A stretch of DNA of 64,000 nucleotides from the NCBI GenBank assembly GCA_030704615.1, contig CM060732.1, positions 16,740,001-16,804,000 of the forward strand, read 5' to 3'. The notes beneath the pieces are model-generated. The model was not told the DNA's origin, ran no database searches, and saw only the letters and a list, made by a program, of their open reading frames with translations. Below, in pieces: positions 25,801-37,214 of this stretch. The stretch comes from Takakia lepidozioides. Lineage: Eukaryota; Plantae; Bryophyta. Made by a program: the position numbers and the translations under genes. The stretch's first letter is position 1; each line of letters begins with the position of its first letter.

Positions 25801-26591
25801 GCAGAGGGAGAAAACTTATGAAGGGGTCTGGTATGCACTCCTTTACGGGGTGAGTGCATACCACACTCACTCCATAAGGGACTGCCATATCAGGGGCTGG
25901 TTGGTGGGTTCCCTCTCTCTCCCTCTCTCTCTCTCTCCCTCCTTGAAATTGGCCAGTTTTATCAGTGTTAATTTCCTGTTTTTTCATCCATACCGGATGG
26001 ACTCTGGCAGTGTTTTCACCCGTCCTATAACAATTTTTCATCCATATCGGATGAACTACCAGGGTGGACCCTGAATTACCTCTAAGATGAGTCTCTGATT
26101 TTTCATTCCTCTTTTATTGACTTTCATCCGTACCGGATGAGTCACCATAGAATGAGAAATTACCTCTGTGGGGGTTGCCACTGACATCCTGTTTTTCCAT
26201 CCATACCGGATGAAAAATGCCAGGATATTAATTTTTTCATTCCTCTTTTATTGCTTTTTTCATCCGTACTGGATGAGGCATTTTTGGGATGTTGAATTAC
26301 TTGTGAGGATGTAAAACCGTTGCCTTGGATGTTATTTCCTGTTTTTTCATCCTACTGATGGATTTTTTCCAACGGATGAACTCAATGATGTTTTCTTTCA
26401 TCTGAACCGGATGGTGTGTACAACTTTTGATGGCCCTAGACTAATAATAATTACCCCTAATTATGGTTAATTAAGGTGTAAAATCCTAACCCCTACCCTA
26501 AAACCTACCGTTTAACCTAGCTATGGATGAAATCCGTCAGGTTTTAAAGGATGTGATGTCGATTGTTCATCCTGCACGGATGAAAAATCGG
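22807..26591 (+). mobile_element. Unclassified element: about 380-bp direct repeats (22807-23184 and 26212-26591) flanking a decayed ORF
   Basis: Near-identical repeats from aaaaatgccaggatatta to ggatgaaaaatcggg, rich in TCATCC..GGATGA hairpins. No TG..CA ends, PBS or PPT. Confidence 0.7.
23902..25518 (+). pseudogene. Unassigned protein family, copy 1
   Basis: LETLALEDW, HMMWHPLANINLLAPIS, PLRTFYYKLCD, NHKSQLLNWHRPYIRCNC, WFDH and MEAACEFA are shared in order with 62527-63985. Confidence 0.75.
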
Positions 26592-27876
26592 GAACCCATC
26601 GTTCGTTGTTCAAATGATTTTTTATTGCTTTTAAACATTGCGAGTATGTTGGACATACCTTATTTGAGGTACGTGTTGAGTATAAGGTCAATCAAAATTG
26701 AATCAAATGGTGAACCCATCGTTCGTTGTTCAAATGATTTTTGGTTGCTTTTAAACAGTGCGAGTGTGTTCCAGACATACCTTGTCACAGTCTCCTCTCA
26801 AGTCAACCTAAATTGGTTCAAAGGGTGAACTCATTGTTCCTTAGTGAAATGATTTTTGATTGCTTTGAAACATTGCGAGTGTGTTCGACATACCTTATCA
26901 GAAGTACCTGTCGAGTATCAGGTCAATCAAATTTGATTGAAAGGGTGAACTCATCGTTTGTTGTTCAAATGAGTTTTGATTGCTTTCAATCTTTGCGAGT
27001 GTGTTCGGCATATCTTGTCAGAGGTACCTGTTGAGTATCAGGTCAATCAAAATTGATTTAAAGGATGAACCCATTGTTCACTGTTCAAATAATTTTTGAT
27101 TGCTTTTAAACATTGCGAGTGTGTTGGACATACCTTGTCACATGCTCCTCTCAACTATCAGATCAATTAAAATTGGTTCAGAGGGTGAACTAATTGTTCG
27201 CTGTCCAAAAAAATTTTGATTGCTTTCAATCTTTGCAAGTGTGTTGGACATACCTTGTCAGAGGTACGTGTTGAGTATCAGATCAATCAAAATTGCTTTA
27301 AAGAGTGAACCCATCAATCACTATTCAAATGATTTTTTATTGCTTTTAAACATTGTGAGTATGTGTCAGATGCTCCTCTCAAGTATCAAGTCAATCAAAA
27401 TTGGTTCAGAGGGTGAAGCCATTGTTCGCTGTTCAAATGATTTTTTATTGCTTTCAATCTTTGCGAGTGTGTTGGACATACCTTGTCACATGTCCTCTCA
27501 AGTATCAGGTCAATCAAAATTGATTCAAAGGGTGAACCCATCGTTTGCTGTTCAAATGATTTTTGATTGCTTTCAATCTTTGCGAGTGTGTTGGACATAC
27601 CTTGTGAGAGGTACCTATCGAGTATCATGTCAATCAAAATTCAAAAGGTGAACCCATCGTTCACCGTTCAAATGATTTTTGCTTGCTTTTAAACATTGCG
27701 AGTGTGTTGGACATACCTTGTCACAGGCTCCTCTTAAGTATCAGGTCAATCAAAATTGGTTCAGAGGGTGAACCCACCGTTCTCTGTTCAAATGATTTTT
27801 GATTGTTTTCAATCTTTGCGGGTGTTTGACATACCTTGTCAGAGGTACCTATTGAGTATTAGGTCAATCAAAATTA
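26592..27876. repeat. Satellite, about 120-bp unit, about 11 copies
   Basis: ggtgaacccatcgttcg..caaatgattttt..ggacataccttg..ggtcaatcaaaattg repeated with a period of about 120 bp. Confidence 0.95.
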
Positions 27877-28908
27877 ATTCTGTCAAGTTAAATAAACACA
27901 GTGTGAAACTAACTAGAATAAATCTAGTTATTTGTATTTAACACTTGGATTTAGTTCAAGTGTTAAGTCAGGTGTCAAGTTTAGTTTGACACTTGAACCG
28001 TCTTATCTTCACGAGAGCGTCAGTCGTGCGGCTCATCTCTCTCGAGTTGAGCCTGCACGACCGAGCTCCTTCACTGTTTAGAATCTGAGTGTGCTTATGC
28101 AGGGAGAATAGGTTGTTGTGGGGTGGAGTCCCCATAGCTTGGGGTGCCCCTGGCTCGACTACTATTTTAAAGAGTGATGGTGTTGTGTTTTGTGTTTCTC
28201 TGTTATCAGACAAGTGAGGTTAGTTCTTTCAATCACTCGAGAGAGATGAACTTGCATCTGTGAGTGCCAGAGGTGAATTTAGTTTTAGCACTTGTGGTTT
28301 TTGTTTTGAAAGTAAGAAAAGAAAATTATGGTGGTTTGTAGATTATGTTTGTGACAAGGCTGGTGGAGCAGCAGGATGATGCGCAAATGTAAGGAAGAAT
28401 AGGCTGTTGGTTTTGTTTTCCTATTATGGGTGGTGCCGAGCTCGGTTTTTGAGGAGCGTAGAGGGTTGTCGTAGAATCTGGTATTCATGTCGGCTCCACA
28501 AGCTTGGCATCTCGTGTTATACCGGAGCTCGATGGACAGGGCCTCGTTCGGTGGTCCGAGGTTGCGATTGTTGCTTCAGAAGTGAGTCCTTATTTGGTGC
28601 TTTGTCGAAGTTTCCTGCCTCAGCCATGCTCTCGAGTGTTGTTTGTGTCCATTAGAGCACGGATAGGCACGCCGTTGGACTGGATGCAGCCTTACCGGCA
28701 AGTAATTTCGTTCGCCCAGTGAAAGGAAAGTGGGAACCAGTGCATCGAAGGCGGGGTCACTGTCCAGATTTACCGATCGTGCCGGACAATGAATTCGTGG
28801 ATTGGCCCTGGACTGAGCATGCGCACATAGCAATGCAGGGCCAACGCATCAAAGGCACTAAGCCCTAGTGGGGCAACAGGCAAGAGACTGATGAAGTAAG
28901 ATATGCAA

Positions 28909-29128
28909 GCTAAGAAGTTGAAGGTGGGAGCTCAAATCTCTGTCTATTGGCCGGAAGACAACCTGTATGGACACTCCCATTTTGCTAGAGGAGATCGCTG
29001 ATTATTTGATGTTCCTGGAGCTTCAGGTGCAGGCCCTGCAATCGCTGGCTAACAAGATTGATTTACAAGCAAAACTTGTCGGGCAATCTGCCGAGAGCCT
29101 CATCTGCTTCTCGGAGGGGTTTCCGTAA
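28909..29128 (+). pseudogene. Fused gene scraps: Tudor-like peptide plus IBH1-like atypical bHLH helix 2
   Basis: KKLKVGAQISVYWPED (28912-28959) abuts MDTPILLEEIADYLMFLELQVQALQSLA (from 28967) in another frame. Confidence 0.5.
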
Positions 29129-29161
29129 ATGCCCGGAGAATCTAATCTATACAATGGCAAC

Positions 29162-29603
29162 CTAGGTGAGGTACCAAATAAACTCTGAAGCAGTGGCTAT
29201 GGCGCCACCAGTGATTGTCGTGCGAATCATCTTGTCGCGATTAAAAGTGGTATCTCCCAACGAAAGAAGGGCACCGATCAGTGCCCCTCCTAATGCTGCA
29301 TTTTTCCAATCGTGTTTGCCCCGAACACGTTCCATCCCATATCCATGCCTATGTAGATTCCTACTACCATACCCCATTGAAAGGCCTGTCTGCCTGATTC
29401 CTTGACCACTTTCTCAAGATTACGCTTTGTCACCCTTTCGTTCTTCAACATTGAGAAGGCCTCTAGCAATGTTCCATGAGCAGCTCCCACCCCTCCAATC
29501 TTGATGAAGCCGTCCAAAGTGTAGTCAGAAAAGAATGGCCCAAGTCCACCAGCACATCTACAGTGGGAGAGTCAACTCTCGCTAATAGCCTCGAGTGCGG
29601 CAT
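29162..29603 (-). pseudogene. OEP16: Intronless, frameshifted OEP16 (Tim17/PRAT family) copy
   Basis: MPHSRLLARVDSPTVDVLVDLGHSF / DGFIKIGGVGAAH..QWGMVVGIYIGM / YGMERVRGKHDWKNAALGGAL..ITGGAIATASEFIWYLT. Two frameshifts, no introns. Confidence 0.85.
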
Positions 29604-31475
29604 TTCGCTCTGCTTTCCTCACACCCAAGTTCTTTCCTGCACCGGCAACAAATCTCTGTTGTTGCCGACAGATGGAGAGAGACATGGAGAGACGGAGGTG
29701 GGTAGCCCTTTCCGAGCCCACTAGATGGCAAAGAAGCTAGGGAGGAGCGCGAGACGGCCAATGCAGGCGTTGCCGAGATGCCTGACGCTGCACAGGCCAT
29801 CGCCATCGCCACCGCCACAACCATACACCAGAGCTCGAGAGTCGTGGTTGGAGCAGAGCACAGATCCTGGCTGGAGCAAAGTAGCTCACTAAGAGAGCAA
29901 GCCTGTGGTGGTGCGCCTGTAACCACAAATGAAACCTGGGAACAGCTTTTAATGGCGAGAACGTTTTGGTGTAAAAAAAAAAAAAAACCTTTTTGATCTA
30001 ATTTAAATGATTTAGAGCCTAATTGGTCATATCTTTGTTAAATGGACTCCGTTTGACTCAGTTTTTGGGGGGATAGCTGCAGAAAGGGGAAATCTACCTA
30101 TCTAGACGTGGTTTTAGTTTTTTGGACTCTGCTAAAAATCTATGGATTTTTTTGAGTGTGAGTGTGCCATGAAAGATCCACAATTCTGTTTCTAGAACCT
30201 GTTGTGGTCTATATGAGAGACAAATCTGTGGATGTCCTCCTTGTATGGCTGGGGGAAATGAGGACGTAATTGAAGGGCAGGTCTCTTCTCTTAGCCTGTG
30301 CACACAAGGGGACTAGATTTATGTTTTCTAAGGGGCTCAAACTGATTTGAGTGGAGAGCAGGTGGACGAGTTGATTGCATACTGGGAGTCAAGCATTAGC
30401 AATAGACAACACACTGCTGTAGTTGGCGTTGAGGGCCTCAATATTGCTTTGGACAGTCAGAACTCTGTTGGAGCAAGCAGTTCTGCAGCTGTAGGTGAAA
30501 TACCAAAGTGGGTGGAAGCTAGGCTTGGAACACAGCCAAAAACAGCCCCGGGGACCAAGGTGTTCAGCCACAAGGCCGTGGTGTACTGGAGCAAATGAGT
30601 AGGAGCTACACAAGTTTTTGCAATCAGACATGGTTGCAGCCGGACACGCTCTGCACAAGACAACCACGAGCGGGGGTTCATTAGCAATGACAAGTTTGTT
30701 CTGCTTGAAGGAGATGCAGTCATTCGCAATGAGGACACCCGCAACCGTCTCAAAGCTTTCGAGTTGAGAGACTGTCAGACCCTACCTTTATTTTCTTTAG
30801 TGTTCAGTGAGCGGGAGATAGGGGAGTATTGCTTTGTCTCTACCTGGCAGAGAGAGGAGGAGGGTTGGTTAGAGCAAGCTACTGTAGCTTGGGATAAGGT
30901 CAGTGGCAAGTTTCTGGACATAGATATACCTCCTACACCTTACCATCATGCAGAGAGAGGCACTTTGAGAGAAGTCTGACAGTTGATAGCATAGATCAGG
31001 ATTACATCTTGCTTGGTCGGGCCTCTATTCTTCCCCTCCATTTCTTTACTATTTTCATTACTTTGTACTTGTAGTTGCCAAAGCCTCTCTTGGTGGAGGC
31101 CAGTCAGTCCGGGGTTTTGGGCTGGGATATTCTACAGGATCAGCACTGCAGATGGATTTTGGTGTGGGGGTGTTGATGTTTTGATTTCTTGTGTTTGGAT
31201 CCCCCCCAACACCTACATACTTGACTGTGCGCCATGTTGGTTTTGTGTGGGCACTTGCTTTCATAGGAATTAGGCCGGATTTGATCACCGGTGTTGTCGG
31301 TGGTGAGGCTGGAGTGATGACCAGCAAGACCACCAGTGTTTCTTCTATGGTGAGACTGGGTTGATGACCAGCCAACCATAGGAGTTCGTGCGGTGGATGC
31401 AGGTGCAGGTGCCCTGAGCCACTGGGATATGACCCTTAAACTACAACAGGTGCCCACCCGTGTCACTATTAGAAT

Positions 31476-34400
31476 TAGTACTAGAGCCTTATAGTGTCAC
31501 GTGGGGGAGGTGCACATTGTGAGTGTCATCACGGAGTTACCCAGGGGTTCTGAGGGGAGTACGGCTACAAGCAGTAGCAATGAGAGTGGGTTCACCAGAC
31601 GAGGTGTTTGTTTCAGACCACCTTCACCTCCACCCTCAACTAGTGCAGAGTCAGACACAGACTCGGAGGCTTCATCAATAGGTGTGCAGTTTCATTCGCC
31701 ATTGATGTGGGACGACATGGAGGAGATGTATGGAGCTACCAAGGGGCCTCGTAGGTACTCTGGAGCTGTGGGCACAATTGAGTTGGATGACTTTATCCAG
31801 GAGTTCGACAGCTAGTGTGATTTGCAACAGATGCCCAATCCACAGCTATTCACCCCATTCATGGCGTGGAAGGGACTGTTCCAGCATTTGGAAGGCCCGC
31901 CTATAGATGATTACCACAAGTTCAGGCGAGGACATGAAGCAGAGATTGAGGAGTGGAGGATGTATTGGTCACCTGACTACGTCTCCATTACTCGAGGCAC
32001 GACGCGACCAGTAACTGCATCAGCACCAATATCTCCCACTGCCAGCACTAGTATTGGAACAAGTAGTGCCGGTACTTCTGCAGGTGGTACCAGTTCAAAA
32101 GGTGCTACTACTCCTCATGCCACGACTACAACACATGTGCCTAGATTCAACCCGGTGGAGGAGTTCTTCCAGGAGTTGCGGAGGAACTACCAAGGTGTAC
32201 GGACAGAGAAGCTGCGAAGTTTGCAAGACTTCCAGCGCAAACCCAGTGAGAGTTTGCGAGAGGCCTACACTCGTATGAGGCGCTTGATAAGTGTGACCCA
32301 AGGGGTTACTGAAGCTCAGGCAATCTAGTTCTGGTATGGAATTTTGGACAAGGAGCTCAGGAGAAGGGTGCGGAATGCAACCCTGTTACAAGCAGCCCAA
32401 CCCACATTAGCAGATGTGTTTCTGCTGGCTGAGCGGATTGAGCTCAACATGGTGGAGGAGCGAGTTGTTACCATTGGATTTGGCAAGGACATGCCTGCAC
32501 GAGGCACAGCTGCCAGCCCACAGGCACAAGGGACTGCCCAACAGCGTGGTCAGGGGGACAAGGTTTCCCAACCCAAATTCCATGGAGCTTACAGGGGACC
32601 TCAGGTGCAGAGGCCAGTAGCTTCTTTTGCAGGCCAATAGCAACCAGGGGTGGTATGTTGGACATGTGAAGGACCCCATGTCAAGAAAGATTGCCCAGAG
32701 AGTGGCAAAGGGCTGGCACAAGCACAACCTGCACAGTTGCAGTGTGGGCATTGTGGCAAGTATGGGCATAGAGATGCCCAGTGTTATGACTTGCACCCCG
32801 AGTTGCGGTGAGGCCAGTTCCAAGGGAACAATGGTGGCCGAGGGCAAGGTGGAGCACCTCAGAGAGGACGAGGTGGTCAGGCACGAGGTGCAGGACAAGA
32901 GCAAGCACAGTATGGCCAAGGACGTGGAGGTCAGGGCATTGACCAAGGTATGGCCAACCGGCTTCAGCAGCTAGAGCAAAGGCTTGCTGCCATGGCCACA
33001 GCTCAGGTGGTACCAGCTCCAAGACTTGAGGGTCCACCTCCTGTTCCTCCTCAGCAGCGTCATCCTGACGGAGGAGACATGGGAGGCATGGGATTTATGT
33101 GTGGGGCAGCACTACCACTAGTGCAAGTGGAGTCTGCTGCAGCCGTCACTCGAGGAGCAGCACGAGTTCCTGAGCCACGAGGTGTAGAGGTGGAGTTGGA
33201 TCCACAGCGTGGGGAGGCAAGCCGTCAGGCTAGGTTGCCTCAATCATTCATCTTGGCAGAGACAGTGTTGACGCTATCCATGGCATCTAGTTCTCGCCCG
33301 ATGGATACCGAGGCGGATGTTTATTGTGCCATTGGGGAGAGCTACACGTGCTGCACTGACACCTGCTGCCAAGGCTAGTGCAGCCAGTGTGTTGTTGGGG
33401 GCGGCCACCTCTGTGTGTCAGGCCCCACTGTTCTTGGCAACCATGATTGCGACGCCGGGGGTAAGACCAGCTGCAGTGTTCAGACTAGCAGCAACACTCT
33501 GTGAGAGTGGGGAGGTCACTTCATCTTCTGCGGAGTTAGTGGAAGGTGTAGTGGCAGAGGGATCCTCGGATTTGAGGGTCAAGACTGCCACGGCTGCGCC
33601 ATGGCAAGGTTGACGGAGCTGCCAGCTAGACCAGCCTTTGAGCGCGCCATGGTGACACCTGGAGTTGTCTTGTTAGACAACCAGGATGGCATTTTCTCTT
33701 TGAGTGGACCGGCAGGCAAGAGGTACCGGCCACTGCAGGTCTTGTTGGACTCGGGAGCTCAGCCACTAATGTTGGGCAAAGCCGCTATTGCAGGTTTGGG
33801 CCTCATGGAGGCGGATATGGAGCCTTGTCCCTTCCAGATATAGACATCTCTGGGAGGATCAGAGCAGGCTCGGGGCATGACACGGCGTGAGTTGGTCATT
33901 AGACTACAGCCGGATCATCCTATAGATGGCTCAATGATGCGAGCCAAGGCCATTGTGACAGACCGGTCTCTAACGATGTCCTCGTTGGTGGGGCAGTGTT
34001 GTATCCCATGGGCTTCACCCTGGATTTTTGGGAGGAGTCAGCATCCTACAGGCCTGGATGGCAGTCAGGGGATGGTCGTCGTGTACAGCTCCTTGTGACA
34101 TTAATTGGGGGTGTTGCTGCTACCCAACGGGGCAAGATGCCAACACTAGCAGCCTTCACAGTTGCAGTTAGTTGGCCTGGAGAGTTGCTGGAGGGCAATG
34201 CCCATGTAGAGGATGTGCCACCTCCAGCAGAGCAGGATGACATGCATGGTACGGCGGAGTTGCCTGCCATGGTTGCTCACACTCTAGTGGGGTACGAGCA
34301 AGGATTTGCAGCAGGCTGCTGATAGACAGGTGCAACAAGCCTAGGTAGAGGCCTTTGTATCGTCAGGAGAGGAGGAGAGTGCGGTGATTGCACTAGAACC

Positions 34401-36960
34401 ACCTCAGTTGTCGCCATTGGACACCACACCTCTTGTGTGGCAGTGCCCGGATGAAGGCATATGCCTTCTGGACTTGTTTGGCGGGATTAGCACTGGATTG
34501 GCAACAGTACTGCAGGCAGGTGTACGAGTTCGACGTTACCTATATGTGAAGAGGGATGAGACTGCACGACGCGTCTCACTGCGCCATGTTGCTCAGTTGG
34601 TGCAGCAGTACCCTGATTTGTTGCCAATGTCTGCAGTTCGTGGATACCAACAAGCCTTGCCAGTAGACATCTCCTTGCTAGGGGCGCATGATTTGGAGCG
34701 GTTTGGCCCTATTCACTTAGTAGTTGCAGGTTGGCCCTGCCAAGGGCTTTCATCAGCTGGGTATGGCAATGGGTTACAAGACTCAAGGTCACGCCTGTTT
34801 TGGGAGATGTTGAGGGTCCTGCGCTATTTACAGCTTTAACAGACAGACTCTCCGGCATATATCTTGGAGAATGTGCCATTGATGGGTGATTCTCGGGCCA
34901 AGGTGATGGCCAGTGTACATCAAGTGTGGTCTTGGCTTGGATCAGCAGTGTTGCTGGATGCAGCTGCAGTGGGGTCACGGGCTCATCGCCCACGACTATG
35001 GTGGACCAACTTGATGTCACATGCATTGCTCAAGCGTGCATTTGATGGGGTGCAGCGGCCACCCAACCTGACGGTGGATAGCATTTTGGACATAGGGAGG
35101 CAGTCTCAGCGTGTGAGACACGATTACCGATCACCTTTGGCAGTGGTCAATAAGGTGGGTCACCCACGAGCAGCATTGCCTACACTGCTCAGCTTTCCAG
35201 GATCTCATGCTTTCCGGGATGGTGGACCTGGCCTCTTATGGGATAGCCAGTTGCAGCAGTTAGTGGAGCCCAATGCTGACGAGCGTGAGCGGGCGATGGG
35301 TTTTACCACTGGTACCACGGCGGTGCCATCTCTTTCTGAGGCATCACGTCGTCAGGTGTTGGGGCAAACAATGGATCTCAATTGCTTGACCTGGATTATC
35401 AGCTTGGCTATGGCTGAGCAGCGCAGAGTACGGAGTATATTTCCCTTTATGGTCTCCCTACCTACCGAGACGGTACAGGCAGCAAGTGGGGGCGAACAGG
35501 TGAGAACCACGAGGTGCAGGCCGCATCCATGGCACACGTGGGAGGTGCTCGAGGTTCAAAAGGAGTTGGCAGCCAAGGCGGCGGTGATGGATGAGGTTGG
35601 GGATTTTTCTCGGGTTGAGGAGGTCCTCAAGGATGGGATGATGGGGCAGGATGAGACATTATCACTGACAGAGCAGGTAGTGGTCACTGCTCAAGAGGTT
35701 GCAGCATAGCAACCACGGGACGCGTCTTCTACCTCTAAGTCTGTTGGACTCAAGGTTGCAGTCACGGAGGACAACTGGGAACCTAATGTTGGACCCATAG
35801 TCACCGGAGGAGAGAGACGACGTATACGGCAGTTCTTGAGGGCTTACAGGAACTGCTTTGCCTTCAGTTTGAAGGACTTAGGAGCACTGGAGGGTCAAGA
35901 GATTCGCATTGAATTGACTACTGACACGCCAATCTTTCGGAGACCCTATAGATATAGTGACATGGAGAGGTCCTTGATTCAGATGAGAACTCAAGACCTT
36001 TGGGAGGCTGGTTTGGTGGAGCTATCTGGGGGAGAGTATGCTTCAGCCACAGTGATGCCAGCCAAGAAGGATGTCTATGGCAATTGGACGGAGAGACGTA
36101 TGTGCGGTGATTACCGGTCTGTAAATCGTCAGACCAAGTCCGATAGGTATGCCATGCCGACACCAGAGGAGATCTTTGATGCCATTGGGCATGCCAAGGT
36201 CTTTAGCACTTTGGATTTACGATCCGGATATCACCAGTTGCCGATCAAGGAGGCGGATAAGCAAAAGACGGCATTCTGGGGGATCAATGAGCATGGGAAG
36301 GATTGCCTATACCAGTGGCGGTTCTTACCATTTGGGCTTAAGAACGCTCCGGCAAAGTTTCAGAGAGTCATGGACAGGATTCTAGCAGGGGTGGAGTTTG
36401 TTCGGTGCTACATAGATGACATCATCATCTTTAGTGCTACGGTGGAGGAGCATGAGAGACACCTCCAGGTGGTATTTGAGCGCTTGAGGGCGCACAGATT
36501 GAAGTTACATCCGGGGAAGTGCAAGTTTTTCTACAACCAGATTGAGTATCTGGGTCATATGATATATCCTGGAGGATTGGGGGTACAGCAAACTAAGGTA
36601 GAGGCCATTGCACAGATTCCACGACCCACGAATGTGAGCCGAGTTCGAGCTTTCATGGGGTTGGCAAACTATTATAGACGGTTTGTCAAGGGATTTAGTG
36701 CCATTGGCTCTAACCAAGCTGACCAAGGTGGACCAGGAGTGGCAGTGGGAAGATAAGCAAGAACGAGCTTTCCAAGAGCTCAAGGCGAGGTTGACCTCGG
36801 TGCCCATCTTGAGACGACCTATCAAGGGGCATCCTTTTCAGCTGCATACAGATTGGAGCATGCTGGGGCTTGGAGCGGTGCTCACACAGGTGCATGATGA
36901 GGGAAGAGAGTTCGTAGTGGCTTATGCTAGCCGCTCGAACAATGCTGTAGAGACTAAGTA
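31476..36960 (+). mobile_element. Gypsy LTR retrotransposon carrying a DNA methyltransferase (gag-PR-DNMT-RT-RH), decayed and interrupted at 36960
   Basis: Degenerate PBS tagtactagagcc at 31476; gag with two Zn knuckles (CWTCEGPHVKKDC, CGHCGKYGHRDAQC); protease LLDSGAQ; DNMT; RT ([28 protein letters not shown]); RH HTDWS. Confidence 0.9.
34450..35430 (+). pseudogene. C5-cytosine DNA methyltransferase domain, DNMT3-like, inside pol
   Basis: Motif I LDLFGGISTG, IV AGWPCQGLS, VI ILENV, VIII AHRPRLWWTNL, IX ERERAMGF, X RRQVLGQTMD. One in-frame TAA at 34837. Confidence 0.92.
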
Positions 36961-37214
36961 TGTCGCGGCCCTTTGCCTTAAGGGCAGGGGGTCGGGACAC
37001 AAGAGGGGCTGCCCCTGTGGTGGGGGCAGTGGTAGCGATAGGTATGGGGGGCTGAAGCACCCTTGAGTGCCCAAGGCACTCAAGGAGGCGGAGGCGCTCA
37101 CTAGGTGGAGCCCCGCACACCGGGTTGCGGTGGGGGGGGGGGTCCACAAGGGGTGGTGGTAGCTTAGCGGGACTTAGTGGAGGGGGGGAGCTTACCGAAG
37201 TGAGGTGCGTGACA
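36961..37214 (+). repeat. 5' LTR of the chromovirus
   Basis: TG..CA ends, followed by a tRNA-Met PBS; matches 42708-42928. Confidence 0.95.

Noticed and set aside
27881-28490. Possible solo LTR or LTR+PBS
   Set aside because: TG start and candidate CA ends exist, but there is no second copy, TSD or convincing PBS.
34384-35709. Bacterial restriction-modification methylase or contamination
   Set aside because: It is in frame with retroviral-type PR and RT, has DNMT3-like motifs, and has no endonuclease or operon context.
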